A DNA stretch of 64,000 bases from Planctomycetia bacterium (GTDB lineage: Bacteria > Planctomycetota > UBA1135 > UBA2386): contig SXPB01000216.1 in the NCBI GenBank assembly GCA_005776475.1, positions 4,543-68,542 on the forward strand, given 5' to 3'. Below the pieces are notes generated by a model. That model saw nothing but the letters and a program-made list of their open reading frames with translations, was not told the DNA's origin and did not search any database. Made by a program: the position numbers and the translations under genes. Below, in pieces: positions 9,790-19,540 of this stretch (its first letter is position 1; each line of letters starts with the position of its first letter).

Positions 9790-12700
9790 TCACTTCTGCT
9801 TGTCGCGCGCCGCCATCTCCGCGGCGACATCGACATCCCATTCGACGGTCTCGCCGTCGGCGATCGTGCGCACGATGCGGATCTCCGGCTTGCCCGGCTC
9901 GGCGATCACCGCGGTGTAGGTGTCGGGCGGCACCGAGCCGAACTCGTACCAGCCGGAGTCCTGCACTTCGTCGCGGCTCGCCATCAACCGCTTCATCACC
10001 GACAGCGTCGACACGCGCGACACCACGGCCTTGCCGTTGCCGTCGAGCAGCGTCATGTGCGCGAACGGGATGCGGCTCTTGTCGACGTTGGTCGCGCGCA
10101 CGCGCACCGTGGCGCCGCGCACCATGCGCAACGTCACGTCGGCGGCGGCGTCCTCGGCGACGGCGATGTCGTCGAGCTTGCCCGCCTGCAACGCGTCGCC
10201 TTCGACCTTGAGCGCGTAGGTGCCCGGCGTCAGGCCAGGAATCGTGAAGCGCCCGTCGTCGCCGCTGCGGATCGGCCGCGCCTGCGCACCGACGAGATCG
10301 AGCAGCGGGTTGCTGCGCGCGCGCTTTCGTTCCTTGCTGGTCTCGGTGTAGACGATCTCGGCGCCGGCGACCGGCTGGTTGCTGCCGTCGACGACGAGGC
10401 CGGTGATGCTGCCCGCGAGCGGCACCGTGATGACGATGCCGTCGAGGTCGCGCGAGCCGTCGACGACGATCCCGTCGAGGCTGGCTTCGCCGTGCACCGG
10501 TTGGCTTTCGCCGCCGCCGCCAGGACCGCCGCGGCGCCGGCCACCGAACTGCGAACCAGCCGTGAGCCGATACGTGCCCGCCGCCACCGACTTCACCGTG
10601 AACTCGCCGTCGGCATTCGTGCGCGCCTGCGCCAGGCCGTTCTGCGCGATCATGCCGATCAGGCCTTCGGCCCCGGACAGCGACCCTTCGCCGCTGCCGA
10701 GCGAAACCTGGATGCCCGCCACCGGCGTGCCGCGCGAATCGATCACGCGACCGCGGATCGCGCTGGTCGGCAGCGCGATGTCGAACGCGAACTCACGGAC
10801 TTCCTCCGGCACTTCGATCTCGAATGTCGTCTGCACCGGCTGGCCCTGGAAGCGCGTGACCTGCATCACGTAATCGCCAGGCTTGATGCCGATCAGTTCG
10901 TAGCGGCCGTCCATGCCCGCCGCGTTGGCGCGCACACCCATGCCGAGCAGACCTTCGCGATCGGCGCCGAGCAGGGTCACCAGAGCTCGCGGCACCGGCA
11001 CACCACCTTCGCGCACGATGCCCGAGATGCGCACGCCGTCCTCGCTGTCGTCGTGCACATCGAGGCGCGAGAACTTGCCCTGCTTCACGCCCACCGACTT
11101 GAGCCGCATGTTGCTGAGCAGCTCGAGCGGAATGTTGTCGGCGCGCACGTCGAGCCGCGACTTGAACACCACGTACTGGCCCGGCGGCAGGCCATCGACG
11201 CGGTAGAAACCGCTCTTGTCGGTGGTCGAGCTGCGCATCGTTCCCGACTGCAGGCTGAGCGCCACCATCATCGCGTCGGCCAGCGGCCGCATGCCGTAGC
11301 CCGTCACGTTGCCTTCGATGCCGCCGCCGGCGTCGAGCTTGATCTCGATGTCCGGAGTTGGCTCGCCGGCCTTCACCTCGACGTCCTTCGCCGACGACTT
11401 GGCGAGGTCCGGATGGCGCGCCGTGAAGCGGTACTTGCCCGCCTCGAGCGATTGCACCGTGAAGTGGCCCTTGCTGTCGGTGAGCGCGCTGCGCGAATTG
11501 GTGGACGACGACAACGCGAGGAAGTCGAAGTCCTCGGCGTCGATCTGGAAGTTGAAGCCGCCGCGGCCGCCCTCGCGTTGCTTGTAGGCGGTCACCTGCG
11601 CGTCGCTGACCGGCTTGCCGGTGTCGTCGACGACACGCCCCGACACGGCCTGGCCGGGCACCACCAGGAACACCAACACGTCGCTCTGCTGGCCGGGCTG
11701 CAGGTCCACTTCCTGGTTCGCGGGTTCGAGATGGCCTTCGGCGCGCACGCGCACGCGCACGCGACCCGGCGGGATGCCGCGCAGCTCGAAGGTGCCATCG
11801 GCGGCAGCGATCTCCTTCCAATTGCCGTCCATGCCACGATCCATCATGGTCTGGCCTTCGGCGAGCTGGCGCGTGCCCGAACGGTCGCCGCGGCGACCAA
11901 ACGGCCCGCGGCGCTGTCCTTCGTCGCGCGCGCCATCCCCTTCCGCACCGGCATTGGCATTGGCAACCGCCGCTTCGCCACCGCTCGCCTTCGCCTCGGC
12001 GGGCTTGGGAATGTCCGTCGTGCGCGTGTCGACGCGGAAGCGCGGCATCGGCTGCTCACCGGCCATCACCTTGCCGCGCACGGTCGCGCCACGCTTCACT
12101 TCGATGACGAGATCCTTCTCGTCGAGCTTCACGCCAAACCGGATCGCCGTGGTGTAGCCGTCCTTCTGTGCCTGCACGACGAGGCGTTCGCCCGTGAGGC
12201 CCTTGCCGACGAAGCGGCCGTCGGCGTCGGTGGTCACTTCGACGCGGCGCACCTTCAGCATCATCTTCAGGAACTGCGGATCGTCCGGCCGCTCGAACGG
12301 GCGGATCTCGACCGCGGCGCCGGCAACCGGCTGCTTCTGGTCATCGACGACGCGGCCAGCCAGCGCGGCCCCGTCGCTGAGCTGCAGCACCATGTCTTCG
12401 TAGATGCCGCCATCGACGACGGCGAGTTCTTCGATCTGGCTCGGAGCGAAATCGGCGGCAGCGGCGACGAAGGCGACGCGGCCCGCGGCGACGTGCTCCA
12501 GACGGAAGCGGCCCTCGGCATCGGTCTTGATCGGTTCCTGGCGACCATCCGCCGAGAACAGCACGCGGCTGATGTCGAGGTAGACCATCGCGACGTTGGC
12601 GCCGACCACGGGCTGGCCCTGCGGATCGACGACGCGCCCGCCGACGATCGCGCCCTGGTGGCCTCGGATCGTGAGTTCGGTGACCTGGCCGGCCTGCACA

Positions 12701-13512
12701 TCGATGCCGTGCACTTCCTCCAACGCAATCGTCGGCGCCGAAGCCGCGACGGTGTAGCCGAGCCCCGTCGGCACACCGGGAATGTCGAACCGGCCGTCCT
12801 TGTCGGCCACGGTCTCGAGCCAGCGGTACTGGCGATCGGTCAGTTGGCCGAGGAACGAATTGAGGCCTGGTCGCACGCTGACGTGCGCGCCGGCCGCCGG
12901 ACCACCATCGGCGCCGAGCACGATGCCGCGCACGCGGCCACCAGGCGAAGCGCGCAGCTCGATGCCTTCCTGGATGTGGCCCTTGGCGAGGCGCGCGGTG
13001 CCGGGCGTGCGCACGAACCAGCCGTCACTGGCGCCATCGAGGAACACGCGGCCTTCGGGCAGGCCGGTGATCTCGAAACTGCCGTCGCCATTGCTGACGG
13101 TGCGGCCGAGTTCGCGGCGCGGGGCGCGGGTCTCGACGAACATGCCTTCGCTGAACAAGCCGCGGAAGCGGGCGATCAGCGGCTCGATGGAGGGCTCATC
13201 CTTGACGGCTACGACCTCGACGCCGGCGAGGGGCTGGCCGGTCTTCGCATCCAGCACCACGCCGCGCACGCCGGTCGGGGGACCGCCGACGGGGATCTGC
13301 TGGCGGGCGCCGTCGACGCGGGCGACGGCGGCGGCGGCATCCTCGGTGCCGAGGCCAGCCTTGGCAGGATCGATGCCACCGGGGGCCTGGGCCGTTGGGC
13401 CGGCAGGAGTCGGGCTGACGTCAGGGTCGGATCCGAAGGCGAGCCACGCGGCCAGGGCCAGGAAGAGGGTGACGACCACGCCGATGGCGGCGATTCGGGC
13501 TCGGTTCTGCAT
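9790..13512 (-). CDS. giant membrane-anchored/exported protein with ~11-12 carboxypeptidase-regulatory-like (CarboxypepD_reg) domains
   Basis: Track ORF 9790..13893 trimmed to ATG at 13512 (MQNRARIAAIGVVVTLFLALAAWLAFG). The block G-R-V-V-D-x-x-G-x-P-V-x-G-A-x-V recurs, e.g. VGGRVVDPQGQPVVGANVAMV, LAGRVVDDQKQPVAGAAVEI, VSGRVVDDTGKPVSDAQVTA, IRGRVIDSRGTPVAGIQVSL, ITGLVVDGSNQPVAGAEIVY. Confidence 0.75.
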   Translation of the reverse strand: MQNRARIAAIGVVVTLFLALAAWLAFGSDPDVSPTPAGPTAQAPGGIDPAKAGLGTEDAAAAVARVDGARQQIPVGGPPTGVRGVVLDAKTGQPLAGVEVVAVKDEPSIEPLIARFRGLFSEGMFVETRAPRRELGRTVSNGDGSFEITGLPEGRVFLDGASDGWFVRTPGTARLAKGHIQEGIELRASPGGRVRGIVLGADGGPAAGAHVSVRPGLNSFLGQLTDRQYRWLETVADKDGRFDIPGVPTGLGYTVAASAPTIALEEVHGIDVQAGQVTELTIRGHQGAIVGGRVVDPQGQPVVGANVAMVYLDISRVLFSADGRQEPIKTDAEGRFRLEHVAAGRVAFVAAAADFAPSQIEELAVVDGGIYEDMVLQLSDGAALAGRVVDDQKQPVAGAAVEIRPFERPDDPQFLKMMLKVRRVEVTTDADGRFVGKGLTGERLVVQAQKDGYTTAIRFGVKLDEKDLVIEVKRGATVRGKVMAGEQPMPRFRVDTRTTDIPKPAEAKASGGEAAVANANAGAEGDGARDEGQRRGPFGRRGDRSGTRQLAEGQTMMDRGMDGNWKEIAAADGTFELRGIPPGRVRVRVRAEGHLEPANQEVDLQPGQQSDVLVFLVVPGQAVSGRVVDDTGKPVSDAQVTAYKQREGGRGGFNFQIDAEDFDFLALSSSTNSRSALTDSKGHFTVQSLEAGKYRFTARHPDLAKSSAKDVEVKAGEPTPDIEIKLDAGGGIEGNVTGYGMRPLADAMMVALSLQSGTMRSSTTDKSGFYRVDGLPPGQYVVFKSRLDVRADNIPLELLSNMRLKSVGVKQGKFSRLDVHDDSEDGVRISGIVREGGVPVPRALVTLLGADREGLLGMGVRANAAGMDGRYELIGIKPGDYVMQVTRFQGQPVQTTFEIEVPEEVREFAFDIALPTSAIRGRVIDSRGTPVAGIQVSLGSGEGSLSGAEGLIGMIAQNGLAQARTNADGEFTVKSVAAGTYRLTAGSQFGGRRRGGPGGGGESQPVHGEASLDGIVVDGSRDLDGIVITVPLAGSITGLVVDGSNQPVAGAEIVYTETSKERKRARSNPLLDLVGAQARPIRSGDDGRFTIPGLTPGTYALKVEGDALQAGKLDDIAVAEDAAADVTLRMVRGATVRVRATNVDKSRIPFAHMTLLDGNGKAVVSRVSTLSVMKRLMASRDEVQDSGWYEFGSVPPDTYTAVIAEPGKPEIRIVRTIADGETVEWDVDVAAEMAARDKQK

Positions 13513-13637
13513 GGGGAGCGGACGCCGCGGGGCAGCGACGGGAGATTGGCGGCAAGTAGCCGTTCGGGGACGGTTCCTGCTGCCATCCCGAACGGCGGCC
13601 GGACGGTCCGATTTTCCCCGGGCCTCAGCCGACGAGC

Positions 13638-13820
13638 GTGGCCGCGTTCCCTGATTCTGGCAACGCCCACTACAGCCTCGGGGAAGCCCGCAAAGTAGCC
13701 GGCGACATCGTCGGCGCGATCGCCAGCTACGAGCGTCCGCTGGTGGTGGATCCGGAAGGCCCCAACTCGGCAGCCGCGCGCGCGGTGTTGGCCGAGCTAC
13801 GCAAAGCGAAGGTCGCCCCC
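13638..13820 (+). pseudogene. possible TPR-repeat gene fragment
   Basis: Track ORF 13638..13880. Only GNAHYSLGEARKVAGDIVGAIASYERPLVVDPEGPNSAAARAVLAELRKAK looks protein-like (a terminal TPR pattern). The flanks are junk and there is no ATG. Confidence 0.2.
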
Positions 13821-14080
13821 CTCTCGCGCCACTGCGGCAGCAGCTGGTTCGGCATGTGCTCCTCGATGCCGCGCAGGTAACCGCTCTCGTCACGCAGGTC
13901 GAGATAGACGCTGAAGATCTGCCGCGTGACGTTGACGAACTCGACGGTGCGCGCCGACCGCTTGTTCCGCATGTAGTGGAGCACGTTCACCAACGTCGCC
14001 TTCGCTGGATCGGTCAACCGCTCCGGATCCGCCGAGTAGCCCCAGTAGAACCACTTGCCCTGCCGCGCCAGGTTCCCACT
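13727..14080 (-). pseudogene. 5'-truncated gene fragment, family unknown
   Basis: Protein-like translation SGNLARQGKWFYWGYSADPERLTDPAKATLVNVLHYMRNKRSARTVEFVNVTRQIFSVYLDLRDESGYLRGIEEHMPNQLLPQWRE begins directly after an in-frame stop (14081-14083). No ATG is available (only TTG at 14017). The tail after WRERG degenerates to low-complexity sequence. Confidence 0.3.
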
Positions 14081-14100
14081 TCACGAGCATCGCTAGCGCC

Positions 14101-14194
14101 GTGACGACTGTCCCCAATGGCGCTGTGTTGGTGGTGCGTCCCGGCATCTACGGTGGCTTCACTGTCGACACAAAGTCGATCGCGGTGCTCGGCG
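14101..14194 (+). pseudogene. possible N-terminal fragment of a right-handed beta-helix protein
   Basis: Track ORF 14101..14292 (GTG start). TTVPNGAVLVVRPGIYGGFTVDTKSIAVLG resembles the typical opening of parallel beta-helix (NosD/pectate-lyase-like) proteins. The frame then runs into the 3' end of the FG-GAP gene and loses protein character. Confidence 0.2.
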
Positions 14195-16267
14195 TCAGTT
14201 GCCGACGAGCAGCTCTACACCCTGCGATCCGTACCAGGCACCCGAGCCTGGATCCAACAGCACGCACTGCGCATTCGCCTGGAAGCCGGTGAGCGAAGGG
14301 GTCGGGGGAAGATCGAAGGCGCCGCGCACGAGGTGGGAATGGGAATCGCCAAGCGGCGAGGCGCCTTGGGGTACCAGCTGGCCCATGACCACCACCTGCG
14401 GCAACGCGTAGATCATCACGTTCTTGAGGCTGCCGTTCAGGCTCGGCACGGGTACCAACAACGAACTGGCCGCGGTGTCCAGAAACAGCGCGACGAGTTG
14501 CCCACTGCTGAGACCTGCTACTCCCCATTCGAGTCGCTCCCCTGGAACCGGACGTCCGCCCTCGAGGCTCAACAAGATCTCGCGCACGGTGGTGCCCTGC
14601 GGCGCCGTCTCCGCAACCCCGTAGTCGCGGACGTAGCTGCCGAGTGGGGTCGGCCCCGACATGTTCTTCAGCACTTCGAAGCCTCCGCCGGTCGGCAACG
14701 GGATCAGCGCCGAGGCACCCAGCTGCGGCACGCCGGCGACGAACACATCGGCGTAACGATCGCGGTCAAAGTCGCCGATCTGCGTGGCCTTGGGTGCCGC
14801 CAGGTAGTGCGGATAGAGGCCGCTCCAGAAGCCATGGAGGAGCGGGAAGTACACATGGGTCGGCTGCACCCAGTTCTGGGTGGCAGAACTGATAGGGCCC
14901 AGCCAGTAGACGTAATCCGCGGTCTTGGCGCTCGGGTTGATCTGGAGGTCCGCGCCGTAGGCGAGCAAGGCGCCGACGTCGAGTTGCCCATCTGCGTTCA
15001 GGTCTGCGACCTGGACTCCCTGCACATCGAACGAGCCGGTCGCGGCGTTGATGGGCACTTGCAGCCACTGCAGAGCGGAGTTGGGCGACACGAAACTCCG
15101 TGCTGGTGAGGTGGTCGTCGCCGGAATCGTGGTGAGTTGTCCCGGCAGGAACTGGACCCAGCCCGAGACGGTCGCCGGAGCGACGCAGTTGGACGAGTTG
15201 CCCGACACGAAGAAGTCGACCATCGCATCCTGGTCGAGACGCCCTACCGCCAGCGAGGTCACCCGACCCGGAAAGAACAGCTGGACCGCTTGCTGCGGTT
15301 GGGGCACCAGCACCGTCGCCATCCCGAGGCTGTTGACCAGGTCGAACTGGAGGCTCGTGATCGAACTCGCGCCAACCGGACTGATCGGCGTGCACTGCTC
15401 TTGCCCGAGCAGGTAGAGGGTGCCTCGATTGGTGGTAGTCACCGGACCGGCCACGCCGACCCATTCCATGTCGAGTGCGTCGGTGGCACCGAGGTCGACG
15501 TACTGCGGATTCGAAAAGAAGTCGCCCGGAGTTGGCGTGATGGTCGAGCCGGACTGGATGTGGCGACACCAGAACACCAGGAGTCCGAACGAGACGTGGG
15601 TGACTCCGCCGACTCCCACGGTACCGATGTTCGAGAGGCCGAACGCCGCCACCGCGATGTCCGAGCCACCGTTGTGATCGAAATCCCCGGTGACGAGCGC
15701 CGAGAACACGGGATGGGTCGACCCCATGTTGAGGCCATTCGCGGGATCGAGGAAGTCGTGCACGAGGATCGAATTGCTCGAGCCGATCGGGCTGAAGCCC
15801 GAGACATAGGCCGAATGACCGCCGTTGCGGAACGCGTACAGCTTGCCGGTCGACGACAAGGCAACCACGTCGTCACGCACGTTGTCGGCATCGAGCGCAA
15901 TCGTCTCGATCTGGACGATGGCGGCAGGATCTTGTCCGATTGGGGCAACGATTGGACTGCCATCGAGAAAGAGAGGGCCGGCCACGGGAGTCGTTGGCTG
16001 ATTGGTGCCCGGATCCAGAACCCTGATCCGGCGCCCCTGCGAGTCCTGCGAGAACGCCTCGAAGGCAGCGGTTGCCTGGTTCCGCACTTCCCATTCGGTG
16101 ATGAGGACATCGCCGGTGGAGCGTCCCGAGAAGTCTCCGGTCAGGATCTGCAGCGCGGGTTGATTGAAGGTCGAGGCGCGGAACTCCACGGCTTGCAGAG
16201 GGACTTGCGCCAGGAGAACGCCGGGTAAGCCGGCGGACGCAATCAGAAGGTTGTGGATCCACTGCAT
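14195..16267 (-). CDS. exported FG-GAP/VCBS (integrin-alpha-like) repeat protein
   Basis: Track ORF. N-terminus MQWIHNLLIASAGLPGVLLAQ. Repeated Ca-binding-like FG-GAP cores TGDFSGRSTGDVLI, TGDFDHNGGSDIAVAAFG, VADLNADGQLDVGA, IGDFDRDRYADVFVAG. Confidence 0.7.
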   Translation of the reverse strand: MQWIHNLLIASAGLPGVLLAQVPLQAVEFRASTFNQPALQILTGDFSGRSTGDVLITEWEVRNQATAAFEAFSQDSQGRRIRVLDPGTNQPTTPVAGPLFLDGSPIVAPIGQDPAAIVQIETIALDADNVRDDVVALSSTGKLYAFRNGGHSAYVSGFSPIGSSNSILVHDFLDPANGLNMGSTHPVFSALVTGDFDHNGGSDIAVAAFGLSNIGTVGVGGVTHVSFGLLVFWCRHIQSGSTITPTPGDFFSNPQYVDLGATDALDMEWVGVAGPVTTTNRGTLYLLGQEQCTPISPVGASSITSLQFDLVNSLGMATVLVPQPQQAVQLFFPGRVTSLAVGRLDQDAMVDFFVSGNSSNCVAPATVSGWVQFLPGQLTTIPATTTSPARSFVSPNSALQWLQVPINAATGSFDVQGVQVADLNADGQLDVGALLAYGADLQINPSAKTADYVYWLGPISSATQNWVQPTHVYFPLLHGFWSGLYPHYLAAPKATQIGDFDRDRYADVFVAGVPQLGASALIPLPTGGGFEVLKNMSGPTPLGSYVRDYGVAETAPQGTTVREILLSLEGGRPVPGERLEWGVAGLSSGQLVALFLDTAASSLLVPVPSLNGSLKNVMIYALPQVVVMGQLVPQGASPLGDSHSHLVRGAFDLPPTPSLTGFQANAQCVLLDPGSGAWYGSQGVELLVGN

Positions 16268-16503
16268 CAGATCACCGCGGCGGACAAGGAACGATGGAAT
16301 ACCCCGGCACGCGGCGGCAATCGACTACCGCGACCCGATGCACGGCATCGTAGCCGATGAACTCTCGGATCGGTGATCCCGCCCGCCTCTCGACCCGACT
16401 CCGCGTCACCACCGCATTCTCCGAACAGACGAAAACGTGGCGGTCGTCGTCGAAATCAGCAAGATCGCCGACATTCGGCACAAGTCGCGACTACGCAGAA
16501 CCA

Positions 16504-17427
16504 ATGATCATAGAACGCTTCCACCCGATCGGGATTCCAGGCACGCCTTGGGGCGCTGCGGAGAAGGCAAAGTGGTTCGAGGGCCGCAAACGGCAACGCA
16601 ACTACAAGACCGACGTGCTCGCCAAGCTCGAGCGGCTTGGCCCAGGCTTCCAAGTCGAGCAAATCGGCGCGCTGAGCATCGACCCACAGCGCTACCCGCT
16701 GTTCGCGGTCGCGTCTCGCAAGGTCGTCGCCGGCGCTCCCTGGGTCCTGGTGACCGGTGGCGTGCACGGCTACGAGACAAGTGGCGTGCAGGGCGCGCTG
16801 GCGTTCCTGAGCACCGTCGCCAGCGGCTATCTCGAGCGCGTCAACCTCGTCGTCGCACCGTGTGTCAGTCCGTGGGCCTATGAGGTCATCAACCGCTGGA
16901 ACGCACAGGCCATCGATCCGAACCGTTCGTTCGTGCCCAACAGCCCCGCCGAGGAGTCACGTGCGTTGATGCAGTTGGTTGCCAATCTCGAGAGGTCCGG
17001 CGTCGAGTTCCTGGTCCACATCGACCTGCACGAGACGACCGATACCGACGAATCGGAGTTCCGGCCAGCGAAGGCGGCTCGCGATGGCGTGGCGTTCGAG
17101 CCGGGTACGATCCCCGACGGCTTCTACACGGTCGGCGACGAGGAGAATCCCCAGCCCGAGTTCCAGGCCGCGATCGTGAAGGGCGTCGAGGCCGTAACCC
17201 ACATCGCGCCACCCGACGCCAACGGGCAGATCATCGGTGCGGATGTGACGCAACACGGGGTCATCAACTACGCGTACAAGAAGCTGGGCCTGTGTGGCGG
17301 GATGACAAACGCGCGCTTCACGACGACTACCGAGGTCTACCCCGACAGTGCGAGGGTCACGGCTGCGATCTGCAATGCCGCTCAAGTGGCGGCTGTGCGC
17401 GCCGCGTTGGACCACGTTCTCGCGTAG
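16504..17427 (+). CDS. M14-family zinc carboxypeptidase-like protein (AstE/AspA-like subgroup)
   Basis: Track ORF 16357..17427 trimmed to ATG 16504 (MIIERFHPIG). Zinc ligands in VTGGVHGYETSG (HxxE) and FLVHIDLHETTD. Confidence 0.8.
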   Translation: MIIERFHPIGIPGTPWGAAEKAKWFEGRKRQRNYKTDVLAKLERLGPGFQVEQIGALSIDPQRYPLFAVASRKVVAGAPWVLVTGGVHGYETSGVQGALAFLSTVASGYLERVNLVVAPCVSPWAYEVINRWNAQAIDPNRSFVPNSPAEESRALMQLVANLERSGVEFLVHIDLHETTDTDESEFRPAKAARDGVAFEPGTIPDGFYTVGDEENPQPEFQAAIVKGVEAVTHIAPPDANGQIIGADVTQHGVINYAYKKLGLCGGMTNARFTTTTEVYPDSARVTAAICNAAQVAAVRAALDHVLA

Positions 17428-17645
17428 TCGTGTAGCGGTGCAGTCGCAGCCAGCTGGCCCTAGCCGTTGCGGCATCGCCCTGGGCACGGAAGCGGTCGAA
17501 TTGGCGGGCCAGCGGGTTCACGTGGTCTTCTTGTCCCGAGACCGGGGTCGCGTCACGCGAAATGTCCCCCGGGCGCCAACCAGAAGACAAACCTCGGCCC
17601 CATCGACAGCTACACCATCGAGTACGCGCCGCCAGCCCCTGACCC

Positions 17646-19508
17646 TCACACCACGGCTGCGAGCGGCAACTCAAGGACGAAGACCGTCTCGCCCGGCCCC
17701 GAACGGTCCATCCGGATCGAGCCGCCGTGCGCTTCGGCGAGTCGGCGACAGATCGCGAGCCCGAGCCCGGTGCCCGACGTCTTGGTCGTGAAGTAGGGCT
17801 CGAACAGGCGGCTGCGCACCGGTTCGGGGACGCCGGGACCATCGTCCTGCACGACCACCGCGACGCGGTCGCCGACACGCGAAGCCGCGAGGCGAATGCG
17901 CACGCCCGCCGATGCCGCCTCGTGCGCGTTCTGCACGAGGTTCACGAACACGCGCGCCAGGGCCTTGCCGTCGATGGCGACGCGCGCACCGGCGACGTCG
18001 GCAGCGACCGTGAGTTCGAGCGCGATCGGCTTGCCCGCGAACAGACCCGCGAGTTGCTCGCGCAGCTGCTCGAGCCATGCCGCCACCGCCACTTCCTGTC
18101 GCTGCGCCGGCGCCACGCCCGCGAAGGCACGGAAGTCGCCGGCGATGCGATCGAGCGCGTCGGTCTGTTCGAGCACCGTGCGCGCCAACCGCTCCGCCAC
18201 CATGTCGGCGCGCGGGTCCTGCTCGGCGCGCGCGCGCTGCAGCAATTGCGCCGCCATGCGCATCGGCTGCAGCGGGTTCTTCACCTCGTGCGCCACCTGC
18301 CGCGCCATCTCCGCCCAGGCTTGATCGCGCTGCGCCGAAGCCAGGCGCTCGCGTCCGATCGCGAGTTCGGAGGCCATCTGGTTGAAGGCGAACGCGAGTT
18401 CGCCGAGTTCGGGCCCGCCGCGCGGCGGCACGGCGACGGCGAGATCGCCGCCCGAGATGCGCCGCGTCGCCGCGACCAACGCCTGCACCGGCGCCACGAT
18501 CGCGCGCGACGCCACCAGCGACCACATCACCAGCACGAAGATCGTCACCAGGATCGCCACCAGCAGCACCCGCTCGAACGCGTCGCTGGCGGCGAACAGG
18601 TCCGCTTCGGGCACCACCACGCCGACCACGAACGAGCCCGCCGCCTTGCCCGCACACGGCGCATAGCCGACGCGCCACGGCCGCCCGTCGCTGCCGAGGA
18701 AGGAACCGCGCCCCATCGCCGTCGCCGTCGCCACCTGTTCGCGCAGGCCGTCGGGCAACAACTCGCCGTAGTGGTGCCGATCGGTGTGCGCGTTCACCAG
18801 ACCGTCGCGCCCGGCCAGCAGCACCTGTGCGCCGGGCAAGCCGGCGCGATCGAGCAGCGCGCGCCGCGCCTGGTCGAGCACGAGCTGCACTTCCGACCAG
18901 CGCATCAACGCGAACAGCACCGCCGGCGGTCCGTTGCCGCGCGGCACGTCGAGCGTGATGCCGACGTGGTGACGGGCCGGGTCCATGGAACGGAAGTCGG
19001 TGCCGCGGTGCAGGTACTTCGAACGCCCCCACGGCAGGTAGTGCACGCCGCGCTCCTGCTGCGCCTGCCGGAACCAGCCCTCGTCGGCGACGGTCTTTGG
19101 AATCAGCGCCGCGCGCTGGCCGTGCGCACTCGGGTCGAGGCGCTGGCCGTCCTGCCAGAAGGCGACGCGGCCATCGGGGTCGGCGAGCAGCAGCAGGTCG
19201 ACGTAGGTGTCGAGCAGCCCCGGCACCAGCGTCACCTGCTCGTCGAAGGCGAGCCGCGCGGCGGGCGTGGTGAAGTCGTTGCGCGCCATCTCGCGCACGA
19301 TCGCGCAGGCCTGCAGCGTCCGGTCGAGATGCGCTTCGATCTTCTGCGCGTGGTCGGCGGCGAGCTGCGGCAGGAACACCCGCACGACCTTCTCGTCGAT
19401 CTGCTCGCGCATGCCGCGCAGCGAGAACCAGCCGTACAGCACGAGGGGCAATACGGCGGTCACCAACAGGGTGACCAGAAACCGGCTCGCCAGCGAAGAT
19501 CCGCGCAC
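17646..19508 (-). CDS. sensor histidine kinase (two TM segments, periplasmic sensor, HAMP, HisKA, HATPase_c)
   Basis: Track ORF. TM MRGSSLASRFLVTLLVTAVLPLVLYGWF. HAMP AIVAPVQALVAATRRISGGDLAV. H-box QVAHEVKNPLQPM. N-box FVNLVQNAHEA. G1 VQDDGPGVP. G2 KTSGTGLGLAI. Confidence 0.85.
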   Translation of the reverse strand: MRGSSLASRFLVTLLVTAVLPLVLYGWFSLRGMREQIDEKVVRVFLPQLAADHAQKIEAHLDRTLQACAIVREMARNDFTTPAARLAFDEQVTLVPGLLDTYVDLLLLADPDGRVAFWQDGQRLDPSAHGQRAALIPKTVADEGWFRQAQQERGVHYLPWGRSKYLHRGTDFRSMDPARHHVGITLDVPRGNGPPAVLFALMRWSEVQLVLDQARRALLDRAGLPGAQVLLAGRDGLVNAHTDRHHYGELLPDGLREQVATATAMGRGSFLGSDGRPWRVGYAPCAGKAAGSFVVGVVVPEADLFAASDAFERVLLVAILVTIFVLVMWSLVASRAIVAPVQALVAATRRISGGDLAVAVPPRGGPELGELAFAFNQMASELAIGRERLASAQRDQAWAEMARQVAHEVKNPLQPMRMAAQLLQRARAEQDPRADMVAERLARTVLEQTDALDRIAGDFRAFAGVAPAQRQEVAVAAWLEQLREQLAGLFAGKPIALELTVAADVAGARVAIDGKALARVFVNLVQNAHEAASAGVRIRLAASRVGDRVAVVVQDDGPGVPEPVRSRLFEPYFTTKTSGTGLGLAICRRLAEAHGGSIRMDRSGPGETVFVLELPLAAVV

Positions 19509-19540
19509 GGCGCGATTATGCCCGCGGGATCGGCGAACGC

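Noticed and set aside
13560-13595. 9-bp stem hairpin (CCGTTCGGG...CCCGAACGG, 18-nt loop) in the leader of the giant repeat-protein gene.
   Set aside because: A single modest stem is compatible with chance in GC-rich DNA. No conserved riboswitch-like features were recognised.
9391-13698. Longest ORF in the window (1435 aa, plus strand).
   Set aside because: It is antisense to the CarboxypepD_reg repeat gene. Its composition is dominated by R/A/H/D/G, with no motif, signal peptide or repeat logic. It is a typical high-GC shadow ORF. The same reasoning applies to 31927..35268(-), 35809..38940(+), 3141..5480(-), 136..1524(+), 17727..19694(+) and 48941..51769(+).
17428-17645. 218-bp convergent gap between the M14 and histidine kinase genes, scanned in six frames for a small gene or toxin-antitoxin pair.
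   Set aside because: Only fragments under 20 codons, or frames that continue as antisense junk into the neighbouring genes. No start or SD context.
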